Below are positions 26,701 to 39,565 of a stretch of 64,000 nucleotides of DNA, piece after piece. Location of the stretch: NCBI GenBank assembly GCA_021613535.1, contig CP075492.1, forward strand, positions 10,292,001 through 10,356,000, in the 5' to 3' direction. A program made the translations under genes and the position numbers. A model generated the notes under the pieces. It made no database searches and was not told the DNA's origin. It saw only the letters and a list, made by a program, of their open reading frames with translations. This DNA is from Adineta vaga (taxonomy: Eukaryota > Animalia > Rotifera). Positions within the stretch are counted from its first letter, which is position 1. The number at the start of each line of letters is the position of its first letter.

Positions 26701-27537
26701 CTATCTTATTTTTGAGATGCTGTCAGATAAGAGGAAGCATAGAAGTATTCTTCAAAATATTATTATCACTGTTGGCAGTGCCGATTGGTAATACAAATTT
26801 TTTCTCGAGATTCGGTATGGTTGATGAAGATGTAGATATAATTACAATTTTTATATTTAGCATCCTTTTGTTGACTGATTTGTTCTTGTACACATGTTTC
26901 TTATTCTAAAATAGAACGATCAACATAGAAACTCGAGAGAAAACAATTTTCGAATAATTGAATTACTATTGCTTCAATACATAGACCATAATACTACAGA
27001 CTAACTTGAGTAACAATAATAATTGTATTCAACATGACCCGTAAACTATTATATGAAAGGGGTCATTAGTTATACGTTTTATCACGACGACTATAGAAAG
27101 CTGAAAACTATATCATACTATTGTATGGACTATAATTAAATCTTATTTCACTACAATGGAATAAACAAGAAGAATATAAAATATTTTGGAACTTTCCTAT
27201 TTCAATGTACTGTGTTTTATGGAACATAACGTGGGAGAGTCAGTCTATATCTTGATAAAGAATTTGTGTTTGATGAAGATAGACGAGCTTATCAGAGAAA
27301 CAAAAGATTATTTTTTATATTGATTGTACTTGTTAGTGATATCGACTTTGGTAATTTTGAATTTCACTTATGAGTAATTTTTAATATAAAATATTCACTC
27401 CATCTGTAGATTCTTTATCTGATTTGTTCGGTTATCATTTGAAGAAGAAGATTGAAAATTCTGATTCATCGGTTTTCACTTTAACGTATAAAGCAAAACA
27501 ACCAATAATTCCAGCGGTTCTTTTCGATACCACATGA
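20739..27537 (+). CDS. F-BAR-domain, STAC-like protein (multi-exon, candidate alternative first exons)
   Basis: Spliced helical N-terminus with LWESLLLETE and HNEYILEL (FCH/F-BAR-like), a coiled coil, and VDPVYETLR (recalled STAC-family motif). The probable last exon 27410-27537 requires a 1-nt correction near 26413. Confidence 0.6.
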
Positions 27538-27659
27538 CTGTTTACATATATATATATATTGAAAGTGTGTGTATGATACCATAGAAATACAATTTTGGAA
27601 TTATTGAAATGAATAGTCTATACAGATGAGTTTTTTTTATTGGATTTCTTCTTCAAATT

Positions 27660-29671
27660 ATGCGAGAATCAATAATTGAAATAATTAGTACAGTAGTAAA
27701 TTTCGAAAACAAAGCACTGAACTTCTCTTATTTTAATCTTTTTCGGAGTTAACAATACATGAGTCATTGCATTTCAGATGGTGTGAAAGCACTAGTCAAC
27801 GTCTTTATCTTGGACTTGATTTGAGTACTCAACAATTGAAAGGTATAGTAATTGACGAACAATTACAAACTATCGCTGAAGAAGCAATCAGTTTTAATGA
27901 TAAATCTTTACTTGTTCATCATGTTCAACCAAATGGTTTTATTGTTGATAAAGATGATAAACGTTGTATAACTACACCCGTATTTGTGTTTCTTGAAGCC
28001 ATTGGTAACGATAAAATGAAATTCGATTTCAAGAAGAAAAAAAAAGCAATGCTTATTATTACTTTAGATGTTTTATTTCAAAAGTTAAACGATCAAAAGA
28101 AATTCGATTTGTCTAATATTGTCGGTATATCAGGTAAATCCATAATGATATTACGTTTTAAATAGTATTCTCTTTTTTTCTTCTATCAATCTAGGTTGTG
28201 GACAACAACATGGAAGTGTTTATTGGAAAACAAAGACAGAATTAGAAAAATTAAAGAATTTCCATTTGGAAGACGGAAATCAACAGAAAACAACATCTCT
28301 TGTTGATCTTTTACAATCTTCATTTTCACGTAAGGATTGTCCAATATGGATGGATTCTTCAACAACAGAAGAATGTCAAATAATTGAGAAAACTGTTGGT
28401 AATGCTCAAAATCTATTTCAAATAACTGGCTCGAAAGCTTACGAAAGATTTACTGGTAGTCAAATCATGAAAGTTTCAAGAAAAACACCAGAAATCTATG
28501 AACAAACCGAACGCATTCAATTGATAAGCAATTTTCTTGCCACTATTTTACTTGGTGAATATGCACCTATTGATTTATCCGATGGTTCAGGAATGAATCT
28601 ACTCGATATTCGACAACATAAATGGTCAATCGATTGTTTAAATGCATGCGGAAAAGATTTAGAAAGAAAACTTTCGGAAAAACTTGTCTATCCAAGAACA
28701 CAATTGGGAACAATTGCGAATTATTTTGTTGAACGATACGGTTTGAATAAACAATGTCAAATTGTATCATGTACAGGAGATAATCCATCATCCTATTATG
28801 CATTAGCATCAGATCCCAAAACAGTTGTGATTAGTTTAGGTACGAGTGATACCGTTATGGCTTCGATTCCTGCGTCAGCTATGCCAAAAGAAGCATTCGA
28901 TGGTCATTTATTGGTTAATCCATTGACTGCTGATCCAGAAAATAATCTGTTAATGTTGTTACTTTGCTTTAAAAATGGATCACTCGTTCGAGAACGTAAG
29001 TTATAAGAGTTATGTTTTGAAAGAAATACAAAAAGGAAATATTCCGTCTGCTCAGGTGTACGTGAAGAAACAGTTACAAAAGATTGGAAAGGAATGAGTG
29101 AACTCTTAAGTAAAACATCACCAACGAACAATGGTTTTATTGGATTTTTCTATGATGATTACGAAATTTTACCACAAAATATTCAAGGAAGATTCTATTT
29201 TAATGCTGATGGTCAACAGATAGATGATTTAGAACCAGCGTGCAAAGCACGAGCTGTAGTCGAAAGTCAATTTCTCGCAAAACGATTATATCTACAACGA
29301 GCAAATGTAGATTTAAATGATCATGTAGATCGAATTGTTGTTACCGGTAAGAATCTGTCAGATCAAATAATCTTCATCATATCGAATCTTTCGTCCATTG
29401 AGGTGGTGCATCTGTGAATACTGATCTATTACAAATTTTGGCAGATATTTTTGCTAAACCAGTTTATACTGCTTTAGCACCGAATTCTGGTGCATTAGGT
29501 GGTGCTTTACGTGCAATTGATGTTATCAATCAAAAACCAAATTCAGTTTCTTCAACTGTTGAATGTCTTGTTGCTGCTAAACCACGTAGTGAATATACAG
29601 TGCTCTATGATGATATGTTTAATCGTTATGCTAAATTAGAAGATAAAATCGTTAAAGGCATACAACAGTGA
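27660..29671 (+). CDS. XYLB: Xylulokinase (FGGY carbohydrate kinase)
   Basis: LYLGLDLSTQQLK, SGCGQQHGSVYW, PIWMDSST, TGSKAYERFTGSQI, SDGSGMNL, TGDNPSS, ISLGTSDT and CFKNGSL. The start codon is uncertain (27626 or 27660). Confidence 0.93.
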
Positions 29672-29818
29672 TTAAACATTCCTCTACGTGATTTTTCTTT
29701 CTTGTTTTCTTTTTGTAGTTTATTGATATTGATTGTTTTGGACGTAGACATGATATTTATTAGTTTTGAAATAACTGATACATCTAACTTCTGATTATTT
29801 TAGATGTAAGACATATTC

Positions 29819-32198
29819 ATGGCTGCACGATACGAACCGATACCAACTCCTAATTTACCAGGATATACACTAGGAGAAAAACTAGGTGCTGGATCATATG
29901 GTAGAGTATATTTTCGGGATCTTAATTATGATGTACAAAACTGACAGAAACTTGAAAGCATTTTCATCTTCTTATTATATAGATCATTTTTGATACACAT
30001 AATGCAGATACTCAGTTTCTGTATATGATGCTTTAAATAAAATTATTTATCTTTTAGGCACTGTATATAAAGCAAGACTAATACCGGTAAGTTTCTTCGT
30101 ACATGAATGAAAGATTAAACTATCAATCGATATCCTTTATTGAATAATAATGTATTAATCATAGACATCTCAAGCTCGTCCAAGTTCTGCAGTATCCACA
30201 CGTCCGGTGTTCTTTGCTGTTAAATGTATTAGTCGTAAAGCTCTCAATAAAACTACTCCAGATATTCTTATAAATGAAATCAAATTACTAAAACATATTA
30301 AACATGAAAACATCGTTGAAATGTACGATTTTGCGGTAAATTATACACTTCTTTCTTTTTCAAAATTTAATTCATTATCTTGCCTATTTTGCTCGCTTTC
30401 AGTGGGATGAAAATTACATATATATTGTTATGGAATATTGTGCTGGTGGCGATATGTCTATGTTTATACGTTCACGTCAAAGACTATCCGAAGCTCGTGC
30501 TCGACCATTTGTACAACAAATTGGTAAGATTAATTATGCAAGTGTTATGGGAAAATATTCATTTGATTCTTTTGCCGCTATTCAATCTCTTCAAAGCTCG
30601 AGTGCTAAAATTTCTTTATGAAAAAAGAATTAGTCATATGGATTTAAAACCTGAGAATATCCTTCTGACATCGATCGATAAACCAATATTGAAAGTGGCT
30701 GGTATGAATGACTCTATTTCGTCTTTTATTTTCTTTCTTTCTGACTGTAATCAATATATAATAGATTTTGGTGTTGCACAACATATTAGCAAACGTGGTA
30801 GTCGAAGTATTCGTGGAACACTATTGTATATGGCACCAGAAATCTTATCTTCTCATCCGTATGATAATCGTGTTGATCTCTGGTCGATTGGTGTTATACT
30901 TCATGGTAAGAAAAAATTGATAGAGAGAAAGTACACAGTATATTTTCTAGAATGTTTATTTGGTCGACCACCATTTGTAGGTTCATCTGTTGATGAACTC
31001 GTCGAAGAAATCAAATCAAACGTTCCAATTGAAGTATGTTAAAACAAGCGTATATTTTAAAAGTCGCCGTTTTCTTTCAGATTCCAAATGATACTCCAAT
31101 CTCTCCAGAATGTCGTAGTTTACTAGAAGGTTTATTACAACGTGATCCAAACAGACGAATTAGTTTTCGAGACTTTTTTCGTCATCCATTTATTTTCAAT
31201 GACTTATCTTCTCAATTGAATCGTGCAGTAACTAACTATACGAATCTTTTTATTAGTTATGATCTGTTGTCGAATTGAATTAGGATGCTTTTCTTGAAAA
31301 ATCAATGAATTATGAACAATCAGGTAATCTCAAGAAAGCTCTCGATTATCGAGTCAGAGCATTAGATGAATATGTAGCTATTGTCAAAGGTAAGGAGAAC
31401 AGAAATTTTCTTTCAATGCATATATACAATATATATCTCTCTTTGATCAATAGTTGATGAAGATGATAGTCGACGACGCATGTTAAGAACTAAAGTCAAA
31501 CAAGGTTTAGCAGCTGCTGAAGTACTGAAAAGACGAATAAGAGAAATCAGTTCTCCTACAGCCACAACAGCGTCTGCTACAACAGTAACTGCAGCATCAC
31601 CAGCTGAAAATTGTATATTGATTGTTATTTTACAAAATGTAAACTTAGATGAATTCTTTTGCTTCAGTTGATTTAAGAAATGATAAAGAACTTTCTGAAG
31701 CTTATCAACATTGTTTAAATGGCAATCAACTTGTAAGTAGAGAAATCTTTTCTAAACAATATTGTAACTTTTATTTTGTACTAGATGAGTGTCTTCCGAT
31801 ATGGTCAAGCTTGTGAAGAATATCAAACAGGTTTAAGTGTAATGCTTCGTGCTAGAAAAAGTCAGTTTAGCATTCTATCTTATGTAATTAAAACTTTGAT
31901 TCGTTTATGGATATATATAGATGAAACAGATCCAGAGAAAAGTAAAATTCTTCATAATGTGGTAAAGAAGATTTCAATTCATTTGATCTATCAAATTGAT
32001 GTTCGTTTGTGTTTCATTTAGATTTCATTTTATTTAAGTAAAGCTGAACTATGTAAAGCGAAGAATGAAGCTCAGCAGTTGGACATTGATATGGCGAAAA
32101 TCAAAGAAGATAGTGCACTAGATAATACAATGTTAGATGACTCGAATACGAATTCAGAGAAGAAATCAACAGCACAACAGAATTGTTGCGTACAGTGA
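29819..32198 (+). CDS. ULK3: ULK3 serine/threonine kinase with C-terminal MIT-like domains
   Basis: LGAGSYG, AVKCI, MEYCAGGD, SHMDLKPENILL, DFG, RGTLLYMAPE and DLWSIGVI, then two helical MIT-like repeats. Ends in CCVQ. Confidence 0.88.
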
Positions 32199-33888
32199 TC
32201 AAGATTTAATGTCTTATTTTTTAATTTCTTTTTTTGAACGATAATTCACAAATAAACATCAACGAATATTGAGATATGTAACCTACATGCAAGAGAATTT
32301 ATATGGAATAGACTTTAAAAGTTTACTAAAATCATGATGGAAAAATCTTATTAAAATATTATACCATAGAGGAAGTCTATTATTTTCGAATGAAGCTTAG
32401 GGTGGTTGTCTTCAAACCGATCGTAGGCTTTTGTAATCTGCATATATATCTTCCGCTGGGAAGTGCTTACAATAAGGTGGCATAGTAATTTGTTTCGAAA
32501 AAAGAACACCAAGCTAAACACCACGTTTTACAGTTGCCGCTGCTGCTTAAAATCAAACATATAACGTTGATGGAACATAGATTAGATAAGAAAATGAAAA
32601 AAAAATCATCCAGGGTGATCAAGTCTTCAAAATGTCTTTCCGAAAAGAATAGTCATTCACAAAGAAAGAAAATATTTTGGTCTTTGGCAATGTTTCTTAT
32701 GATATATCCGTTCAGATTATTGATAACGATGCTGATTGTTTTGTGTGCTGAGGAATTATTGTTTGACGTAAAACATTAATCTGATACGCTGTATTGACTG
32801 GCTCTAGTGAAAAAGTATCGTGAGCATGAGATTTTAGATGAATAATAAAGGAGGCGATAGGATGATCGGTAAATAAGTATACTGGCCGTTGGACTTTGCG
32901 ATGAATTAGCTACATATGTAGAATCTCTAATTTTGGCAAAAGATCAATAAATAAATAGATTGAAAAAAACATAAGTTTGCGGTAGCTTTTCGACTTAATC
33001 CAGTCCAATATCAATTGAGAAAACGGATATGATCACAAATTTCTATATATTAAATGAAAATTATTCTTCTACTTGTATTTGTATAAGATCAGAATTCATA
33101 CTTACATATAACATCGTTTCAGCTTTGAATACAGAAGATTTTCATTCTTGTATATAGTATTGTTTGCTACTCAATAATTGTGCTGCTTATGAATTTGTAT
33201 TTTTATCCGTACGTTTTGCTGAAAACTAAGTAGCATAGTAACACAGAAACGTTGTATATCAATAAGAAAATATGTTCTCTAGTCACCGTAAAACTTTTCT
33301 TGATAACATTTTAACATGTATAGTAGAAACTACAAACAAAATGTTTCGATGTAAAAAAAGTACTCTTATCAGTATCATCCGATCCCTCACTCGTATTGTT
33401 GCATGCTTACATTCAAAACAGATGGTTGAAAGAACATAATGACTTGTTTTTTATTATAGGAAAGATTTCTCGAATTCGTTCTAGAATATTTGAATAGAAA
33501 GATACTTGTCTAAATTTGTATAATCATATTTCTTTGTTTCTTTTAGTCGTTGTCTATAGATAATTTCTTTGGCGATAAGAAAAGACATTATATAGAATCT
33601 AATTCATTTTGAGATCAAACACGGTTTATTCACCTAGATTGATAGATTTCATAATGCTGATCGATTCCTAGTCTCTAGATATATACATGACGCTTGAGAT
33701 ATTTTCATGCGTAGTTATATCTTAGCATACCCTCACGTCCTATTTCTTGTGTTAATGTAAGGTGCATGCCTTATAAATACAAACAATATCTTCTTTTTTA
33801 TTTTAAATTTTTCATTGCATATCCCTTTAGTTTATTGAAAAAGGGAAACAAACAAACAACAAGAAAAACAAATGCTTAACAAATATTC

Positions 33889-35476
33889 TTATTTCTTTGT
33901 TCGCGATTTTTGACGAGCATTTTTTCCTGGCCGAGTTTGTTTTGGTTTGCCCTGAAAGAAATAATCGAATACAATAGATTGTAGAGGAAAAATAACAAAG
34001 CAAATTTCAATTTTACTTTTTTGCCTTTCTGAGCGTGAAATGATGGTCGTTGCCATTTACTGGATTTCTTATTGGATACATCTGCTGAACTGTCAGCTGT
34101 ATTCTTCTTGGAATTTTTCTTCTTACCACCGAAACCGAATTTTTGATTTTTATATTCAGTCTTACGATTTGTTTTTGACCTAAATAGAAATTGTGTAATT
34201 CTGAGTTCAAATGAATTTGTAAATAATTTTACATTCGTTTGTTATTTGTGCCATTCGTCTTGCCAAAATGACTCTTTCGATCACCAAGAGATTCTTCTAA
34301 TTCTTGCATACCACCTTGTTTACCTTTTCGAACTTTTTTCATGGTTTTAAGTAATTTTGTTTTATCTTCTTGTCGTTTTTGTAAAACTTCCTGTTGAACC
34401 TTTTTGCCATATATTCTTTGTTCACGTAATTTACGTAATTTTTCCCGTTTCTCAATATCAGATTTACGATTAACAAGATATTCTCGAATCTAAAACGAAT
34501 CTGATAAAAAATTCAAGATAATAAAGAAGATTTTACTTTTTTCATATGTTCGTCGGATTTAGCCATTTGAGCATAGTAATCTTCGGGCCGTTTTGTGGAA
34601 TATTTTTCGGCTTTCAAACGAGGAATTGCTTCGAGCACTGCTGCCTGAGCTTGACGATAACTGAAAAAAATGGGAATATATGCATGAATATGTGACTTCT
34701 TATAACTTACAAGAGCATTTCTCTTTTAAAATCATTATCAGCTAATGCATCATCTTCATTTGCAGGCAATTCAACTTCATTAACAAGTAATGGAGCATTC
34801 GAACAATCAAGTCGTTCAATCCATGGCAAATCAAGATAAATTTCAGCATATTTACCAGCAAGTGCTTCCTAGAAAGAACCTAGAATCAAATACATTTCGA
34901 TTTTGATGATAGTTTTACTTTATTATTAATCAATGGTCGTTTTGGTTTCTGTTCGATGTTCAAACCAGGTGTAAGACGACCTTCATTGAATGCTTTTTGA
35001 AGCTGAAATCATCGAAAAAAGAATAAATACGTAATACGATACTGAAAATATCTCTAGATCAAGATAATTTTTGTACAAGTACCCAAGTTATCATTTTTCA
35101 AGTACACTCATTTACAGGTCAAACTATATTGCTTGTGTCCTTTTGATATAATTATTAGCATATGTAAGATAAACAACCCAATGTTATTTTTAATCGGTTT
35201 TTGCTATTTATTTATTTGCTTAAGTGATTTTCGGTCTGTCTTATTTTTGTCTGCGTTTTCTATCGAAGTTTATATTATCAATGAAAGGCAACTTTGACGT
35301 ATCCATTACTATCGACTGGCACTCTTTTCGAGAACATTCTCAAGCAACCCATAACAACAGTTTGAGTAATAAAAAAAAGGATGATTTTATCAATCACTTA
35401 CTTCAGCATCGTCTAATTCACTATCAATATCTTCTTCCATTCCATTATCCATTTCATTATCTGATTCACTCGACAT
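33889..35476 (-). CDS. EBNA1BP2: rRNA-processing protein EBP2
   Basis: LQKAFNEGRL.PGLN, LPWIERLD, DNDFKREMLFYRQAQAAV, TKRPEDYYAQMAKSDEHM, KFGFGGKKK and RPGKNARQK. Confidence 0.93.
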
Positions 35477-35585
35477 AATAAATGAAATCTAAAAACAGAC
35501 AAACATACTGATTTACTTAATCATAAAAAAAAAGTCTCATCACAACGCTATGCACATATATATATTTACAAAAGAAAAAATATAG

Positions 35586-35722
35586 TTATTGATTCTCATT
35601 TTGTTCAATATCATCAATAATTTTATCTAAGATACTTTTAATCACTTGATTCATTAAACGTGTTACAGCATTACTATTTGTTGGTTGTTCAATCTTTTTA
35701 GTTTCCACCTCTTTTTTCACTG

Positions 35723-35756
<34 letters not shown>

Positions 35757-36499
35757 TTTAGCTTTAACAAGACTATTGTCTTGCTCTTGAAGTTTGTTCA
35801 TTAATGTTTGATAATGATTTATTAAAGAATCGATATTATTTTCAAATTCATGTTCATATATAACATTCTTTACAGCAATCATAGAATTTGTTGTATCTGT
35901 TACACACCAAATAAAACCATTTCGAGCAATACGAATACGAAAATTCTTTACAATACGATTAAAATAAGGGATTAATTGTGATCGTTGCAATTTATCACAT
36001 AATGCTAATGAACAACGGAAAATATTTCCTTGATTAATATGACCAAAATCGGACTTTTTCTTTGAACGATCAATCGATTGACAGGATAGTTCAGTTTGTA
36101 TCCATGAATCTGCACGTGCAACGCGAGCATAGACGGCACTTAAACGATTCATTGTATTACGAGCTGGTAATCGACCTTCATCGAATGATGTCGTTGGCAA
36201 TATAGCAGACTCTGCACTATTGATATCGACAAGAAATAAATCAGGTGTACGAACCAGAACAATTCCAATCACAAAATCTGATTCTTTCGGTTCATAAATA
36301 CGAGGAATGGAAATCAACGTATCTTGTGATGTTTGTTTTGAAGATAATACTGATCGTGAGACACCATGATTATGAATAATGAATAATGAAGAATCACGTT
36401 CGCCAGGTAAAAGATATGGCGATTTCTAATTAGAAAAGTTTCTATAAGAGAAAATTGACGATTAAAATTTACCGTCGTTGTTGTTGTTGATGAAGTCAT
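35586..36499 (-). CDS. EXOSC3: Exosome cap subunit RRP40-like (S1 + KH), divergent
   Basis: YEPKESDFVIGIV, FLVDINSAESAILP..SF, VYARV and NGFIW resemble Rrp40. One short 5' intron. PolyQ-containing C-terminal extension. Confidence 0.75.
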
Positions 36500-36590
36500 G
36501 AGAATAAAATATTCAAATCTACGAGTGTATATTAAGATCGATTCAATTTAGATAAGAAATTTATCTAAAAGTAAAACAAATAAAAATCTT

Positions 36591-38668
36591 TTATTTCATT
36601 TGTTGTAATTTCTTAATTTTCATCGGTAATAAATCAATCATTTCTTTACAAATCGGATATTCTTGTTCAATATGTTCGCAAGCTTCTGGATGTTTCTCAA
36701 CATAATCGACAATGATTTTATATTGATTCAAACTTAATTGCAGATTTTCCTGACGATTGTCAATAAATTTCGAATAAAATCTGGCGATGTAAAAATGTGC
36801 TAATAGAATCGGTCGAATATATTCATCTGCATAAGTTTCCGGTTTTTGTTTTGTTTTTTTATCATTCATTGTCGACAGGAAACGTTCAAATGTTTCAATA
36901 CCAAGTTTAGTTAAATGAGTAATTTTATCTGCAGTTTTCGAAGAATCTATCTCATGCTTTTGTTCAATTTTCAAATCAAGTAAGACAGAATAACATTCAC
37001 CTAATTCAAATAATAATTGACGCATTATATACAAATAATGTTCTTCACTAATCTCCTTGGATAATGAAGATAATAGGTCAATTCGACGTTTATGCATTTT
37101 ACATTTTCGATCAAGATTTGATTCGAAAAAGACTAGTTTTGCAAATAATTGACTCGTATCTTGACATAATTCAACATGATCAGTAACAAATCCATCGAGA
37201 ACATAGTAAGATTTCGATGAATTGATTTTATCCATAGCAAAAAGAAATACTTGACGAGCTTGATCATAATCAAGAACATAGGCACAGGTGATGGGTGGTG
37301 TTGGAAGTGAAAGTTGAAATTGAAATTTTGGAATTGAAGAAGAACGAACGATTTCATTCGGATTAACATCGCGATCAGCCGCTTGAAGAAGACGATCGGA
37401 TGAATCACCTATGATGATCAAAATTATATTTTCATTAACAATCTGTTTATTCACTATCGTGAAAAAGTACATATAGATTGGATTTACTATTTTATCGACG
37501 ATAGAAACAACGTTCATCTATGAATTTTTATAAGTATATTTTCTCAGCACTCAGATTATCTAATCTTCCATGTTGTGGTCAGTTGAGGGAAAGTTTTTGT
37601 ATCTTCATCGTGCTGATAAAATACTTGAATAGAGATTCGATCCTTTCTTTTTCAAGTATTCTACCCATTCAATCAATCTTACTTAATAGATTAACTGCAT
37701 ATTTAACCCAACAACGTTTGAAACTTGCTATTCGTTCAGTTAATTTTTCTTGTTCAATTGTATCAGATCGAACGTTTTCTAACATTTTATCAGCACACAT
37801 CAAACAATGTCTCGATGTCGCATAATCATGATCTGTCATATAATATTGAGATAATGTTGCACAATTGGTTGCCCAATCCAATGGATCGAAATGTTTACTA
37901 TGATTGGAATTGAACATAGATAATTGACGTTCAAGTGTTAAACGACAATAATTAGCAGATTGATTTTTCTCATTTAATTTTCCATAGATTTGTGCAAGGT
38001 AAAATAATGTATGCGTATAGATTTGTTCAAATTCTTGACGACGATCAATAGATTGAAGTGATGTATCAATATGAATGATTTCTCGTAAAAGATAGGGTTC
38101 TATAGATGATATTTTATTGTAAAGATCTTCAGCTTGCTTAGCTATTTCAATGGCATCATTGTACTGTTCATATGAAGTTCGGATAAGAATTAATTGATTC
38201 AATAGATTTAGACTAAGAGAACAAAGTAATGGATGAGTAAGAGCTTGCTCAATAGAGATTAAAATTTGACGTAAACGAGATTCACCTTCACTCTTTTCTT
38301 CAGTATCACTGTATATTGTGCCAATATGATAATCAAGTAATAAATGAATTAAAGAACGATGTTTTTTGGAAACTAAAATATTTCAAATAGAATTTTTATA
38401 CATCAATTTCTCATTTACCTGATGTTTCTTTCAGTTGTTCGTCAGATTTGATCATAATAAATTTTTGTTTTTCATTTTCTTCAATTAAATCTAAATTTTC
38501 GAATTCTTTTTCTAGAACATCTGATTGTTCATCGACATTTTCTTGATATAATTCTTCAAATATTTTCCTAGCTTCATATTTCGATTTGTATGGTTCAGTT
38601 TCTGGATCATTCAAACTCTGTACATAACATTTATCAATCGCAGTTGAATATCGTTCGAGAAATTTCAT
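36591..38668 (-). CDS. KIFBP: KIF-binding protein (KBP)
   Basis: DPETEPYKSKYEAR, THTLFYLAQIY, DPLDWATNCATLSQYY, DGFVTDHVE and CKMHKRRIDLL. Confidence 0.93.
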
Positions 38669-39079
38669 CTAAAATAAATATGAGAATTGTGGTCGTATGC
38701 GAGGTAAATAATGGAACTGTATTTGAAGCGTTTCTTGAAGAAAATATTTTATAATTAAAACGAACGATTTTTTTGAAATATTTTCGTCGAACGAAGTGTA
38801 CACACCAATACAAATTCTGTCTTTCATCTAACGAATGAGTCAATAGCATAATTTACAAACTAACGCCATCTATAAGATTCAGATTTTTCGAAATCTTCAT
38901 TTCAGAAATATATTCTATTTGTAAATTGATGAAACGATGAAGTATTTTGAGATTTACTTCATAAAATTTGCATAATAAATCTCTTATCAAATCAAAATAT
39001 TTTGAAAAATTAACCAATCATTCGATTGCATCTATCGATTATTATTACTTTCAAAAAGATCTATCTATATCTATCAAAC

Positions 39080-39565
39080 ATGTTTACAGGTACACTTTTG
39101 TCTCCGTTAAAAACTTCATTAATTCAAATTCGTTTAACATCAACAAAATCTGGTCCTGTTTGTCAACTGATCAAAGAAACTATTGAAAAATCCTATTTAA
39201 AACCTTATCATGTTGAATTGATGAATGAAAGTTATAAACATAATGGTTTTAAACCTGGAAAAGAAACTCATTTACAATTAACTGTTATCACACATGCATT
39301 TGAAGCAATGCCAATGTTAGAACGACATCGACGTTTAAATGATTTAGTCAAGGATATTGTAAAAGAACATAAAATTCATGCATTAAGTCTTTTTACACCA
39401 AATCCAACACTATGGTATGATAGTTTTCGTCGTGGACTTAAATTAGATGAAAAATATCGTACACCACCATGTCTTGGCGGTCGAGTTAAAGAATTAAGTG
39501 AACAGACTGATCAATTTATCCAACAAAAAACAACTTCTCAAACTAAATCGAGCGAAAATGTGTAG
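39080..39565 (+). CDS. BOLA1: BolA-like protein 1, mitochondrial, intronless
   Basis: Presequence-like N-terminus, NESYKH, ETHL, RHRRLN, IHALSL and C-terminal PPCLGG. Confidence 0.88.
   Translation: MFTGTLLSPLKTSLIQIRLTSTKSGPVCQLIKETIEKSYLKPYHVELMNESYKHNGFKPGKETHLQLTVITHAFEAMPMLERHRRLNDLVKDIVKEHKIHALSLFTPNPTLWYDSFRRGLKLDEKYRTPPCLGGRVKELSEQTDQFIQQKTTSQTKSSENV

Noticed and set aside
32200-33880. 1.7-kb gap between convergent ULK3 and EBP2 with an 81-aa ORF and a TTCnnGAA cluster near 33466-33490
   Set aside because: No recognisable protein or element ends. The HSE-like units are out of register and not upstream of a gene.
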